A DNA stretch of 63,160 bases, counting the filler, from Circinaria calcarea (taxonomy: Eukaryota), in assembly GCA_051942165.1 (NCBI GenBank). It is 3 parts of 3 records of this genome, joined end to end, with 100 filler letters (N's around TTAATTAATTAA, not from the genome) between each part and the next. Parts side by side here need not be neighbours in the genome. Positions count along the whole stretch, not along the records: positions 42,214 to 63,160 come from JAVECS010000155.1; 2 more parts are not named here. One strand, given 5' to 3'. The position numbers were made by a program, and so were the translations under genes. Shown here piece after piece: positions 49,276-62,956 of this stretch (positions are counted from its first letter, which is position 1; the number at the start of each line of letters is the position of its first letter). The notes below the pieces were generated by a model, which saw only the letters and a list, made by a program, of their open reading frames with translations, was not told the origin of the DNA and did not search any database.

Positions 49276-51666
49276 ACTGCAAATGTACTTTGGTGTCTGG
49301 CAGATTAGTTGTTAGCTGCGAAGATGTGACTTCGGGTAAGCTCTCTTGCTTTGTTATAGGGCAAGCGGCGGGTGAGCAACTAGTAGTTGATTGCCAGTGA
49401 GCGTAGTATAGCAAACAGCTATGGATGTTTGATCACGGACAGAATGCAGCAACACGCGATTAACAAGCGCGCAAGAGTGACGGTATGAAGTTACTACTTA
49501 TCCGGTTCATAGCACTGTCCAGAGTGTTTGTCGGGCTTGTTGTTATGTCCCGTTTATAAGGTAGGCACGACCCGCCTAAGGCAAATTGATGTCATAGTAT
49601 GCGCATATGCAACGTGGCAAATTGACACCGCAGAAGAGGCCGATCAGAATAGCACTTCAATCGCGAGTTTGCTGAAGGTCGGACTGGCCGGTGAAAATTC
49701 TTGTAGAATCCCCGGTGCTATATAGCAGCGGCTAAATGCGGAATTCGTGGTCGTCCGCGATTATCAAGTTAGCCGTCGGTTTTGCATGATGATTATTACT
49801 GCTCTGCCAATGAGTGAATCTCATGGTCACCGAGGTGTTCCAATCCCTTGGCTTCGACGGCCGTTAAGCCCTTGGTGCCGCGGAAAACTTATCTCTCCGC
49901 ACTGTAGTGGTTGTCCTAGAATTTCCTAACACGAAACCCTTCATTGCTATGCAATCTATACGGTATTATGGCTGCATGAATAAGTATGAAGCTGGCTGGC
50001 AAGTCCACGCCACCCTTTTCCGAAGCAGGGTGGAGTACAAGGGGTTTCCAATTGCATCTAGACCTGAAGCTGAACATGCGACCTCTGCAAGCTCGAAGAA
50101 GGCAAAGATGCCTAAAGGCCTTGCGGGCCGTTACTCGTGGAAGGTACCATTAAAGTGGGGATCTTGCATTTGCTCCAACCAAAGCCAGCCCGTGGGCTGT
50201 CACCACGAGGCTGTTACACGGACAGCAGACATCTTACGCTGACAGATATCTGTAGTTAGTAGCGGGTAAGGAAACTTCGCCGTACAAGTACAGCTTTGGA
50301 CAATTCCTGACCCTCTGCCGGTGTTTCTCGGGTGAATCAAATCGATGTTTGGAAACACCTTCAAGTGCAGGGAGATGTCATTCCGAGGCGGAGTGAGTTC
50401 AGCCCCGGACCAACCGGATATAGAAGGTACCGTTTCTGCTCCTACAGTGAACCCACGTCTTTCGAAATCTCTCTCAGGTTTCGATGCAGCATGAATGCAG
50501 GTAACCGTCTGATTTTCTAGGAGAAGATCCATAAGGTCCGAATGCCTGGTTTGGCGCAGTTCAGATGTTGTCTGAACCCGACGATCGACCATGCATGGCC
50601 AGAAGCACGATCCACGGCGGCACTGGAGGCAGGCTGACCGGGTCGCTGTATCTGGATGAGATTCCCTAGTGAGACCATGCTCTTGTGGTGCATTGGCTCG
50701 GATGGAGGGAGGTGCATGCTGCAGAATGCGCGCCGGGATGGAGGGCCTCCTCTCAGGCATTTTACATATCAGATTCGAAGCATACAGTCTCCGGACCAGT
50801 TCCTGGCTTTTCCCTGTTGGTGGCACATCGGATATGCTGACAGATAGCACTCGATTTCAGCAGTCTTGGCCATGACTCGGGTTTGCCATTGGCTGTCACG
50901 GCAGCTGCAGTGATCTCGAGGCGTACGAGACGTCTCTTTGCTTCCAGACGACCATCGATCTGAGTTCGGAACGTGGAGGAGGAGGCCGCAATGCAAGGCG
51001 TGCTTTCTGGCATGGGCGAATCACATCTCTTGCACGGGATCGACTAGTCCGCATGAGGGTAGCCAGGGCAAGGGTAGGCGAATTGCTTCAGTCTCCTCTG
51101 TTTCTCGTCGTTGCCTCGTCGATAGATGGACCTATGAGCATCACCAGCCTCGGGCAGTACAGGTACTACTCAACCTCCCTCATGACGCCATCCGAAGCTC
51201 TCTGGACCACTCCAGATAGGTGAATTAAGCCTGGATGTGTTGAGGTGGTGCTCCTCGAGACGAGCTGCCTGCTCGTCCATTCCAGAGATAGGCCTCTCGA
51301 TCTGAAGGATGACAATGTGGAATGTTTCACGAGAAGCCATGACCACATGGTCCGCTCGTTCTTCGTTTCCTTTATATCCAGCGTGGCATATCCCTTAACT
51401 CTTTCATTCTTACATCCATCCATTCCTTGTACCTCCAGGTGTCTCATCCCCACACGTTACTGCCGTCAGGAACATCCCGAGCTTGACGAGGAACTCCTGT
51501 GCCTTCATATCTAGGTTCACCCTGCTCTCGACCCTGCTCTGCTCACTGCAGGCTACCTCGTCATCTCACATAGCCTCTGCATGACCGTTGGATCTTGCAC
51601 CACTCGAGTTTCCACCTTGAAAGAAAACCACATTCTCGACTGGACCATTCCCGAGGTCATCTAGTC

Positions 51667-53383
51667 ATGGAAACAATGTACGAGAAGCCCATCCTTTCCG
51701 ACGTCGTCTCCATTCCCCAATCAGCCAGTACAACCACCACCGAGGAAAATTCAACTCACGCTCTTTTGCCTATTGATCCAGCAGCGGAGAGAAGACTACT
51801 TCGAAAGTGTGACCTACACGTGTTGCCAGTGATCTCTGTGCTCTACTTGCTCGCCTTCATTGACCGGATCAATATTGGCAATGCGAAGATTCAGGGCCTC
51901 GAGAAAGATCTGGACATGAGAGGCAATGACTTCAATATTGCCCTTTTCGTCTTCTTCATACCATATATACTTCTCGAGGTTCCGAGCAACATCTTGATTA
52001 GAAAGATCGCACCATCGACGTGGTTACCATTCATCATGCTATGTTGGGGTACGCTTGACTGTGTGTGGATCTCTGCCCTTGGAGCCCAACTAACCTACGG
52101 GTCTAGGAGTCATCACGATATGTATGGGTTTCACTCGGAACTATGCAGGTCTGGTTGTTTGTAGGTTCCTCTTAGGCCTCTTCGAGGCTGGCTTCGTGCC
52201 CGGTAAGCATCCGTGATGAGCGGTGATGAACCTTTCTAAACCCACCCAGGTTGTATATATCTCATCTCGATGTACTATCAGCGGTACGAGCTCCAGTGGA
52301 GAGTCAATCTGTTCTTCTGCACCAGCATCCTTTCCGGTGCTTTTGGTGGTGTAAGCATACCACTCTTCTCTACAATTCATTGACATTGACTGTCTTGCAG
52401 CTTCTCGCGTATGGCCTTGCCAGCATGACTAGTATTGGAGGTTACAATGGCTGGCGCTGGATTTTCATCATGGAGGGTGTTTTGACCGTTATTGCCGCGG
52501 CCGTCTCAAAATTCCTCATAGTTGACTGGCCCGAAACATCAAAGTTCCTCAATGAGAAAGAACGTGTGATGCTCCTTGCGAGGCTGAGGAGGGACGTGGC
52601 AGATGCGAGAATGGACCGTCTAGACAAGAAGGCTGCCCGTCGAGTCTTCAGCGACTGGAAGATCTATATTGGGTGGGTCCATCAACCGAGCCCATACCCA
52701 CATTTTGCTGTACCCAAAAGCTAACAGTTGTTGGCAATAGTACCATTATGTACTTTGGCATTGTCGTTACCGGTTATTCTACTTCTTTCTTCACACCCAC
52801 AATCCTGAAACAACTTGGTTGGACCTCCGTCCGCGCGCAGGTGCTTTCGATTCCAATCTACATAGTCGCCGCCATCGTCGCTCTGGTCATCGCCGTCTGT
52901 ACGGATCGCATTCGTCACCGCTATGCTTTCATCATTCTCGGCGTCTTGGTTGCTACCATAGGCTATGTCATTCTGCTAGCCCAACAAGGCGTCTCTGTCG
53001 GCGCAAGGTACTTTGCCGTCTATCTGGTTACCACGGGTGGGTACATTGCGCAACCGATCATTCTTGTCTGGCTCAGTAACAACATGGGAGGCCACTACAA
53101 GAGATCCATCTCCGCCGCCCTCCAGATCGGCCTAGGGAACTGCGGTGGGATCGTGGCGAGTAACATTTACATGCCTAACCAAAGCCCTACTTATCCTGTC
53201 GGCTTTGGTGTCAGCCTTGGCATGCTATGGCTTTCCGGCCTGGCTTCGACGGCATTCATCGTTGGATTGTGGCTGGAGAACCGAAAAAGAGATCGGGGGG
53301 AGAGGGATCATCGGCTCGGGTTGCCGAAGGGAGAACTTGAGAATCTGGGGGACGATCACCCGAGTTTCAGATTTGCATATTGA
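51667..53383 (+). CDS. MFS transporter, anion:cation symporter family (Tna1/Dal5-like), 4 introns
   Basis: ERRLLRKCDLHVLP, DRINIGNAKIQG, RFLLGLFEAG, GWRWIFIMEG, WLSNNMGGHYKR, LGDDHPSFRF. Confidence 0.95.
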
Positions 53384-54748
53384 AAAGTGTGGGATCCAGT
53401 CGAGAAAACCGGGTAACCGGGACAAGCACCAGGGGTTTGAAAATGTGACTATTCTACTTTCTGCCAATACTTCCGGTCTTGTCGCACACAAACTGGCGCG
53501 GTTAGGTGCGGCTTACGAGGGACTCTTTTTTTCGTTACAGAATACTCATTGTATCCAGGCACCTTTGGGGCTTTTGAGCGCCGTCACGAAGGAGAGAAAG
53601 GAGGATGGAAGGGGGTTTTTGGTCACATGGCTTTAGCAATTTACAGAGTACACTTTGTTTATCCACTTTCTCACTCCCTTGCATCCCTTACTCCCCCTTC
53701 ACACCAAGGCAAGGAACTGCCAACCCCTACCCCACCTTGTCCACGTCATTGCTCCACAAAAGGCACGGCAGTAGTAGACTTGTATAAAGTCAATCGAAAA
53801 AGGGAAAAAGGGGAAAATTAAAAACTGCATAGTGCCCAAACCCGGTTTCTGGGGTGGGGGGATCTATCTCCGAGATATCTTTGTGCGGGTATTTGCAGCG
53901 ATAAGAGTACCGCGGGACATCTTCATGCGAGGGCATTGGTAGCAGCCAGGCCAAAAAGGTATGATAGTGATCATGCGCGAGGAAAAAGGAAAAAGCGGAA
54001 AACGAAAAGTGTGTGGGTGTGGCGTGAAATTGCCGGGAGGTGGGGTGTGTGGGCTTCCGGAAGCTCGGATCGGAAAGGTCGGGAGCTGTGAGAGGGGGAA
54101 CGAAGGGGGAAAGGAGGGAAGGGTAACACGACAGATGATGCTGTGTGTGGAGGTAATTTTTGGGCGGGGTTTTTTTCTTTCGGGTGGTGGCATATTTGGG
54201 TGGAGGAGAGGTATGCGGGCGGGAACCCGTCCCTAAGATAAGTGTGAAGGTTTGGTAAAGAATTTGCCAAACTCAATTAGGGAGCATATCATTTCTAGAA
54301 TTCCACGGGATAAAAACAACCACGTAGACTTATAGGGATATGTAACAAGCCATGTACTCTACTCGAAGAGCTGGAGGTGCGATTAGTAAGTAAGCACCCC
54401 CCGGCTCTTCATCTCGCAACATGTTTATCGTAGTAAAAGATGTTGAATAGGTATGTTCCCGTAAGCCGGATCTTCCCACCCAACCCCAAACGCGCCTTCT
54501 AGTGCCGCACAATTCTCCAACGCGGGGGAGCTTGTTGCGGTAGACCGGTACCCTTATCAACATGTAATCGACTCCCTCTGTCCTCGTGCCACCGTGGCAG
54601 GAATGGAGAGCATCAAAGCATCCAACACCTCTCCTTGCTGCAACGATAGCAATATGGCCATCTCTTCGCCTGCTTCTCCTTCTTCCCCAGTGACAGACAC
54701 ATCCTATTTTCTTGCGTGTTGCTCCCTCGGCCCATGCTCCTCCATCCT

Positions 54749-55570
54749 TCATCCAAGTATATGGCCTGCTAATCCCACCGCAACCCCGGCTCCGACCCCA
54801 TACGCCAGTCTTTCACATCCCCTCCTGGCACCATTGGTACCAGCCACCACTCCAGTGCCCGTCGCCGCAGCTGTCCCGAATTGAGGACAGTTTGATAATT
54901 GCAGGTTATAACACCCCTGATTGTACAAACTCGAGCATATTGATGCCGCGGAGGCGGTTGCTGTTGCCCCTTGGACCGTGACACCTCCTCCCAGACCAGC
55001 CACCGTTACGCCATTCACACCGCCGCCCAGCGACGCCGTACAAGACGAGAACTGCGATTGGCACGAGGTATAGAAGGAAGAGCAAGTGGCGGCGTTTTGG
55101 AAGGTGGTAGGGATGAAGAGGAACGGGAAGAAGGCGTTTGCGACGGTACTAGCAGGTGGGGCTGTGATTTGTGCTCCGGTGGTAGCGGCCGTTGAACTGG
55201 TTGATAGAGCACTGGTTGTCGGGGTCCCGAACAAGAATCCGCCACCTGCTGCTGTTCCTGCTGCTGTTCCTGTTGCGCCAATTGTGCCCGTACACGATGC
55301 TCCGGTTGGGCAGCAGGCAACCTGACTGGCCGCGTCGGCGGAGCAGATAGCTGTAACGCTGCAGCAAACGCCAGCTTGGCCAAGGTTACTACAGGAATTG
55401 TAGCCTATAGGACAATTGGTCGTTTGACGGCGGAATAGCTCGAGGATAGGGTCTTCGTTGAAAGAGTGTGATGAGTCGACGTACGGAGGGATGAAGGGTC
55501 GATAGTCTGGCGAAGTTGCTGTTGTAAGGGAGAGGAAGAGAGTGAGGAGGAGGGCGGCTGATGCATACAT
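54749..55570 (-). CDS. Secreted, probably GPI-anchored Cys/Thr/Ala-rich cell-surface protein
   Basis: Signal peptide, RR processing site, CPxGYxxC...CC...CCPxGxxC module, second Cys module, hydrophobic C-terminus. Confidence 0.85.
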   Translation of the reverse strand: MYASAALLLTLFLSLTTATSPDYRPFIPPYVDSSHSFNEDPILELFRRQTTNCPIGYNSCSNLGQAGVCCSVTAICSADAASQVACCPTGASCTGTIGATGTAAGTAAGGGFLFGTPTTSALSTSSTAATTGAQITAPPASTVANAFFPFLFIPTTFQNAATCSSFYTSCQSQFSSCTASLGGGVNGVTVAGLGGGVTVQGATATASAASICSSLYNQGCYNLQLSNCPQFGTAAATGTGVVAGTNGARRGCERLAYGVGAGVAVGLAGHILG

Positions 55571-56208
55571 CCTGAGGGTCAGGCCGTAACCGGCAGAATA
55601 CTGTGCTGTGGTGCCCGTCGATGCTGAATAGGTAGAATGTGTGACTGGCTGACAGATCTTGTCTCTGCTCGAGTCCTACTTGGTACTTGCGGAGCAGCTT
55701 TGTTGACTCGTCTCGGATAAGCGTCCGTTCATCAGATATAAACGCTCGGGAGGATGGGTCTATATTGCAACGGACATAACGGTCAATAGTGATGAGTCTT
55801 GCAGTGATGGGGCCCTATGGAGGAGACGTTTGACTGGATGGAGGGTGGTATTTCGGAATTCGATGATGCTCAGAGTATCTCGAGTTTGGAGCTTCCAGCC
55901 AATCATCGAATCGGCCATTTGCTGCAGCAACGACGCCGGCCGGATAAACCCGAGTCCGTCTAGAGTTTGCGTACAAACTCTTCGATATCGGGGCATCAGC
56001 AACGTCGAGATACTCTTCATATTCACTCATTTGTTCCTAATCACATTGCTCTGAGAATGATGATGTTTAATGTACAGAATATAGTTTCGTGGTGATCCTA
56101 TCCGCATGTAGTTTCCGAATCCACCCTTTTCTTTACCTCGTCTCTCTCTCTCTCTCTCTTTCAATTCCGTCATTGAAATAATACACTGAGATCATCCCCT
56201 CGCTGCCG

Positions 56209-58537
56209 ATGAGCTTATATGCTCCTGGCTTTCTGCTTCGTCCTTTGGCACGACAACGTTTAAGTCGAACTGCGTTTGCCGATACCTTCTTTGGTGACTC
56301 ATACAGTCAGCGGCGGCGGCTTCACGTGAGCTTCGTCTCCATACCATTACAATACCGCATACTAATTAGATGTACAGTATGATGGACGGAGTCGGCTTTC
56401 CGAATTCTGGACACCCACGGGTACTATCGCCAAAGAGGGTAATGAACGAGGTTAGTTCTTCAAGCGTTTGAGGTATTTAAACTGTAAAGCAGCTGATCCT
56501 TGGATTAGAGGACTCGCATTCTATGCTGATTAGGGGAGGTTTCGTTCGTCAAGTGTGTCATTATTGGTACTTGATGTTCCCTCAGACCGCTAAGCACGGC
56601 TTACAGGCACATTCCGGCCTCTTCCACTTTTTACCACTAGGGTTACGCATACAAGAGAAGTTGGAGCGCCTACTAGATAAGCATATGGTCAAACTAGGTT
56701 CGTTGCAATACTAGTTAACGACATTGTAAGACATCCTTACTGAGGAACAACCTGTAGGTGCCTCCAAGGTCTCCCTTTCCACTTTGTCAGCCGAGGATCT
56801 CTGGGAGAAATCGGGAAGATTAAGGGGAGACAATCCAGAAGTCAGTATGGCTGGCTTGTGGAGCGTAGCTGAGCTAAAAGCTACCTAGTTGTTTCGTCTT
56901 GAAGACAGGAAACGTGCAAAATATTTACTTTCGCCAACTCATGAAGAAGAGATCACTACGCTTGTCGGGGACTTGGTCAAATCTTACAAGGATTTGCCGC
57001 TTCGACTATATCAGATTTGTTCGTATGCATCCTGGACATAATACTGTCAGTTGCTAATGGCGAAGCCCGGAAATATCGCGATGAGCCGCGACCACGGCAA
57101 GGCCTTCTCCGGACACGGGAGTTTCTCATGAAAGATCTATACACCTTTGATTATACGAAACAGGATGCACTCCAGACCTATGAGGCTATCCGGCAAGGCT
57201 ACTCTGCCTTCTTTGATGAGTTCAAAATCCCTTACCTGGTTGCAAAGGCAGACTCTGGGAGTATTGGGGGCGACCTTAGCCATGAATACCACTTCCCAAC
57301 CTCAAAAGGAGAAGATGATCTCATTACTTGCGACTCGTGTGATTACGTAGTCAACGAGGAAATAGCGAAGAGCCCGTTTATCTATTATAGGGATAGCGGG
57401 AATAACAAGAACTTTTACTTTTCCTATAAGGCTGTTCATGGCGATGCATTCATCAATTTGGCCGAGCTCGGGGTTCCAGAAAAGATGAGGACTAAGATCA
57501 AGTCTTGGTATGGAATTAGCAGTTGTCGAAACATTCTATACCATGCTATTCTACCTTGTCAAGTCGCGAACGGCAATGGGAGTAACGTTCGGGAAGCTCA
57601 CATCAATCCTTATGCTCTGAAAGCCCACTGCGAAGACGTCGATCTTGGAGTCAAGAACCCGCTTGAATTATTCAAAGAGTACGCACAAGGAAAGCTAGGC
57701 GGTTCTCTCAGAGATAAACCTGCGGTGGTGGAGCAATTCTTCGACTACCGGTTACCCGAGTCACTAATCGAGGAGTATCACAGTTGCCCAAACGTCATTG
57801 CTCAAGGGCCCCAATGGGAATGCTTCCACGAACACAGCTCTTCTGATGAACCTTCAATGGATCTAGTGAGGATCGAGGCTGGTGACAACTGTCCCGAATG
57901 TCACTCTGGGTCGCTTCGATTCCAGAAAGCCGTCGAGCTTGGTCACACGTTTTTCTTAGGGACGCGGTACAGCCAGCCTCTAGAGGCTACGGTGGCTACA
58001 CCATCTGTGTCTCCGGAGATTGACAATGGGAACGAGCTTCTCTCTGATGGGAACGACATCTTAAAACCAGTACATCAATCGAGCACGGCAGCTCTCCAAA
58101 TGGGCTGCCATGGCATCGGTGTATCACGCATGATTGCGGCAGTTGCTGACTCGTTGGCCGACGATAAAGGGCTGAATTGGCCTCGGGTCATGGCACCTTT
58201 TGAAGCCGTCGTGATCCCCGCAAGAGGCTTGGAAGACGATGCAGCCGAGGTCTTGGATCTACTCGGGAGTCCATGGACGAGGCCTTCGTCCCGACAGGAA
58301 CAAAAGGAGAAAGAGATACTTACGATAGACGCGATACTCGACGACCGCGAGAAAGAAATGGCCTGGAAGCTCAAAGACGCGGACCTGATCGGATATCCGG
58401 TCATCGTGGTCTTGGGGAGAGTGTGGAGGAAGGAGAGGAAATGCGAGGTCCAGTGTCGGAGACTCGGCTCGCTGAAGCGGGATGTGTTGTTGGATGAGCT
58501 GCGGGACTTTGTGGCTTCTCTCCTTGTACAATTGTGA
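56209..58537 (+). CDS. AIM10: Prolyl-tRNA synthetase, mitochondrial (bacterial-type), 6 short 5' introns
   Basis: Arg-rich presequence, [74 protein letters not shown]. Confidence 0.93.
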
Positions 58538-60211
58538 TTCTGAGACCGCTAAGGTAGAGTTAGGATGTTTGTCAATGACCGCAAAACGTTCTTCGCTCTG
58601 GCGGGCAATACCGAAATTGTTCACTACTCTATTTAACTCGCCCATCACCCGGTGGCATGAGACGTCTGCTGCAGCTAGATGGTGGATACCAATGTAATTT
58701 GACATGTGGTGTATATCCTGTTCTGTATTCATGTTTGGACTGTGAGCCCTTTCTAACTCTGTAATCCCATGCGCAGACTATACTCTCTCTAATGCGGCCC
58801 CCCTTTACTTAAGAGGTGTTCCGATTCCCGAGTTGTTACTGTCTATTGGACAACCAACTACCCGCGTTCTCATTTCCGGCCATGAATCTACAAATCTGCA
58901 CATCGACGTCTCGATAATGAGAAAGCTCTACCTCCTCCTAACCCTCACTCCTCGGAATTATATAAGGTCAACAACACCCCCCCGAGAGCGCAGAAGCGAA
59001 AAGTCAATGACCCTTTTCCTCCCCTGACCTAACGAGTGCGAACACCAAAAATGGCTAAACACCCCTTCCCCAAAAACTCCCCTCGCCTCTCTCTCCTCTC
59101 CCCTGAATCATGAAACCCCGACAACCCACGGCGGAACACAGGAAGGAACGAAGGAAACGACTGCTCCGCTACGTCTCCGTCTACGCTCCTTCTTTTCCCT
59201 TCCCTCCTTTTCCAAGCTTGGCTTCTTTCTCCCCGTCCTCCGTGCCTGCGAACACGACAATGGTACGACACAAACACGAACACGAACACGGAGGAGTTCA
59301 TCTGCTGCTCTTTTGCAAGGCCCCAGAGATAGAAAGGGAGGCTCGATCGAGACTCCAATCACGGCAACGGCACACCTTCAAAACCCCATCAGGCTGTCCT
59401 GACGAGTTGGTCGCTTTTGAATACTAGCATCAAATCCGTTTGCCCTTTCACTAGGATCCCTCAGGCTGCTAGAAGCCTATCAATGGCAGATTCTCCCGGT
59501 GACTCCGAGCTCTTTTTGGCCGAGCCTTAACGTTGGACCAGGAGCTACCTCCACGAATATTGTATATTGCTCGATGCTTGCGACATGTATAATTTTTGGT
59601 GGGGATTACATAGTAAATGTAAAAAAGGCTTAACTCGGAGAATTTTACTTGTTTTCGCTACCCGGTAAAATATATCTAGAAGAGACCGGACGACTTCCCC
59701 CCAGACAAAGGGGCTGAATTGGGATCTTCGTTCTTATTAGATATCACGTTTCATTAGGGAGCCTGATTTAAAGTAGCCAATTGGTAAGTCAATGATATCT
59801 TGTTATCAGTGCTGTACCTATTGTGTCTTGGATACCCTCATAAAAAATCTCTCTTTGGTCATCCTTGATCCAAACATTCTGATATGCCTCGGAAGTCTGC
59901 ACGTTAGCGGCCAACCGAGTTCCAAACTCATCGCTCGACGTCTCATACGCAGTAATAGTAACATCTCCGATCTACTTACAAAGGACTTTGCTCTTATTCA
60001 TACCTTCGCATATGCAGCGGCGTATCACAGTCGTTCCGGACTTGATATACTATTCATAGTGAGAGAAGTCATATAAGCCTACTCGGATTGCAAACCACAG
60101 AATATAAGGACCAGCACTACGAAGGAATTCGTACTTTCAAAGCGAGAATTCTTACCAAAGGTTGCGGGCGGACTATCGCTCAATTAACATCAACTCCTTC
60201 GTATCCAGGAC

Positions 60212-60753
60212 ATGGCCGATATCAAACCCCCGTTTACTGCTGAATCCGCTCTAAAAAAGGTCAAGACTGCTCAAGACCTTTGGAACGCACGGTAGGCTCC
60301 CCAATAGTTGATTTCCTTGATGGCGAACCCACCTTTTCGCCCGAGTGATCCTCGACAGGTCTGATCTCAATTAGCGATCCCGAAAGAATCGCCCTGGCTT
60401 ACTCGACGGATTCCATTTGGCGCAATCGCACCACCTTCCTCACCGGTCGTCAATCCATCATTGACTTTCTAATCCAGAAATGGAACAAGGAAAAGTCTTA
60501 CCGCCTACGAAAGGAACTCTTCTCCTTTACCGATAACAAAATCGCGGTCCAGTTCTGGTACGAGTTTCAGGATGCGACGGATGAGATGAAGTGGAAGCGA
60601 TGCTATGGCCTGGAGGATTGGACCTTCGACGCCGAGGGCAAGATGCGCAAGCGCATGATAAGTGGCAATGACCTGGAGATCACGGAGGAGGAGAGGTGGT
60701 TTGTGGATGGCGTCGACGTTAACGATTCGATAATCTCGGAGAAGCATTGGTGA
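60212..60753 (+). CDS. DUF1348 / SnoaL-like (NTF2-fold) protein; exons 60212-60291 and 60375-60753; missing from the supplied ORF track
   Basis: KPPFTAESALKKVKTAQDLWNAR|DPERIALAYSTDSIWRNR...KWNKEKSYRLRKELF...IAVQFWYE...RCYGLEDWTF...MRKR. Confidence 0.92.
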
Positions 60754-61007
60754 GAGAAAAGGAGGGAGGAGGAGAGAACTTCATCATGTGACTTCGAGAT
60801 ATTCTGATGAGGAAACCCCGGATAGGCTTAGTGTAGGGCTGAGACGGATCGTGTCGGGGAAAGCGTCTTACTTCTCACTCTTCAACGCATCAATCATCTC
60901 TTATGTGCTGTTCCAGCTCCTTTTCTTCTCCAAGTATGGTCCGTTGCAGGTAGCGAATGTCAGTGGGTTAGGAAGCTTTGAATATCCTTGATATAAGAAA
61001 ACTGAAT

Positions 61008-62413
61008 ATGGGTATCAAGAGTTATGATTCTCATGCGCCCTCCCCAATTCTCCTAAACCCTCCTCCATTTGCACTACTCGTCCGTTCATGGCGAAGTCAT
61101 GCCTCGCTTCTCCTCTCATCGCCCTCCTCCCTTCCGCTCCTCTTAATACTCTACCTCCTTCTCGTCCGCTATTTACGCTACCGACGCTCACAGCAATACT
61201 CGAAACAATATCCAACCCGCCAGTCTCTGGCCCAAATGACCGTTCATCAAGCTTCCGAAATCCAGATGTCCTTAGCTCAACTCGAGTTCCCCTTCCTCTA
61301 CGAAACGGCCCTTCAATTCGCTCTCTTCCGCACCTATGGCATCCCTTCCATCTCCTCCCTCCTCGTAGCGACGCAGCAGCTTTCCTCCCCTAACACGGCT
61401 TGTAAGCGCTACGCAGATACGGTAGTGCTGATCGCGGAGTTTCTGGCGAATGGGTGGGGAAGTGAAAGATGGGCCGATGGCGTAACTAGGATGAACTGCA
61501 TCCATAAACACTACGATGGGAAGATCAGAAGAGAAGATATGCTGTATACGCTTAGTTTGTTCGCGGGTGAGCCGGTAAGATGGGTCGAGAAGTGGGATTG
61601 GCGGTCGCTATCAGACGTGGAGAAATGCGCCATCGGGGAATTCTGGAGGCGTCTGGGGGATACAATGGGGATCGAGTATAAGGGGTTGCCCGGTTATGAA
61701 AGAGGAACGGGATGGAACGATGGGTTGGAATGGCTGGAGGAAATCATGGTTTGGGGAGCTCGTTACGAGGAGAAGTACATGGTGCCAAGCAAGGTTAACT
61801 GGACCGTTGCAGAACAGACCACTAGAATACTATTGTGGCCGGTACCTTCTTGGGGTAAAAAGCTAGGGAAGCAAGCGGTTTGTGTGATGATGGATGATAG
61901 GCTTAGAAAAGCAATGATGTAAGTCATATAAGCCAACCCGTCTGCTCTCCAGGAGCCCTCTGGTGCGCTATTCTAACTCTCCGTAGGTATCCCCCACCAC
62001 CGCCACTTCTCACCACCATTCTCCACACCATCCTCTCCGCCCGCAAATTTCTCCTCACTTACCTCTCCCTTCCCCGTCCGTCCTCCCTCCGCGTCCGCAA
62101 TATCACCTCCACCCCCTCCGAAACCGGCACCTACCACCTCAAAAAGTACGACGCCATACCCTACTATGTCCGGCCTACTTTCTGGAACCGTTGGGGCCCC
62201 AATGCTTGGCTCAGCAGAGTCATGGGTTTACCCCTTCCGGGCGATGAAGGGGAAAGATACTCCCCGGGCGGGTATAAAGTCAGGGAGGTGGGGCCGGATA
62301 AGGGGATGGAAAGGTGGGAGAGGGAGAGGGAAAGGGTGGTGGAGATGGGGAGGAGGAGCTGCCCGTTTGAAGCTGAGATGGGAGAGGATGGTGGTGGAAA
62401 GGTGGAGATGTGA
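61008..62413 (+). CDS. MpaB/MpaB'-like ER-bound oxygenase (DUF2236-related), intron 61919-61986
   Basis: N-terminal TM plus LVRYLRYRR, EFPF...ALQFALFRTYGIPSIS, KRYADT, RMNCIH, DMLYTLSLF, MDDRLRKAM, PYYVRPTFWNRWGP. Confidence 0.88.
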
Positions 62414-62859
62414 CGCTTTAGTGGATCGATGAAACAAACGACTTTAAACCCGAGAAATGATATATACCTACAATGACAATCTAAATTCTTTGAATCCTCG
62501 AAAGATAAGGGATAGCAATCGCCAAACCAATATTTGGACGATTTCATCCATGCCTCAACCAACATGCACTTATCGTCAACGGTCCATGGCTTGGGAAGCG
62601 GTTATGGGGAGTTGCTCGAAGAACAGGTATGAACGTTCATCCAGTGGCCAATCCGGCGAATCTCTAACCGCGCCTGTTCCGTCCCGTACACCCAAGCAGA
62701 GTCCCGTGCAGATCCCTCCCGCCATGAAAATAGCGATAACGCATATGTACACCTTCTCCCACGCCATACTCGTGAACTTCCAACCATCCTCTACCCATCC
62801 ATCGTCCCGGTCCAACTTCCCCCGCTCCTGCGTCCGTTGTTGTTTTCTACTTCCCCAAC

Positions 62860-62956
62860 TCACTTCCCCCCGGCCGTCCTCGCCAAATCCGCATCCGGCA
62901 AGATCCCCTCGGCTTCCAACCTCCGCCTCGCCTCCTCGAGCGCCCACGTCTGAATG
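62860..62956 (-). CDS. Last exon of the mitochondrial complex I ESSS subunit (NDUFB11-like); rest of gene lies beyond the window
   Basis: Acceptor gctaat...ttttag then (S)IQTWALEEARRRLEAEGILPDADLARTAGGK*, the conserved fungal ESSS C-terminus; a GTTCGT donor sits at the window edge (63160). Confidence 0.8.

Noticed and set aside
50200..51500. 216-aa ORF and neighbours between the maltase and MFS genes; possible MAL-cluster regulator
   Set aside because: No Zn2Cys6 or other motif and no coherent exon chain. The MFS gene is ACS-family, not a sugar porter, so this is not a MAL cluster.
62576..62947. 123-aa ORF with WKFTSMAWEKVY, superficially like a Cys-loop receptor M4 helix
   Set aside because: It overlaps the ESSS last exon in another frame and its 3' UTR; the similarity is most likely chance.
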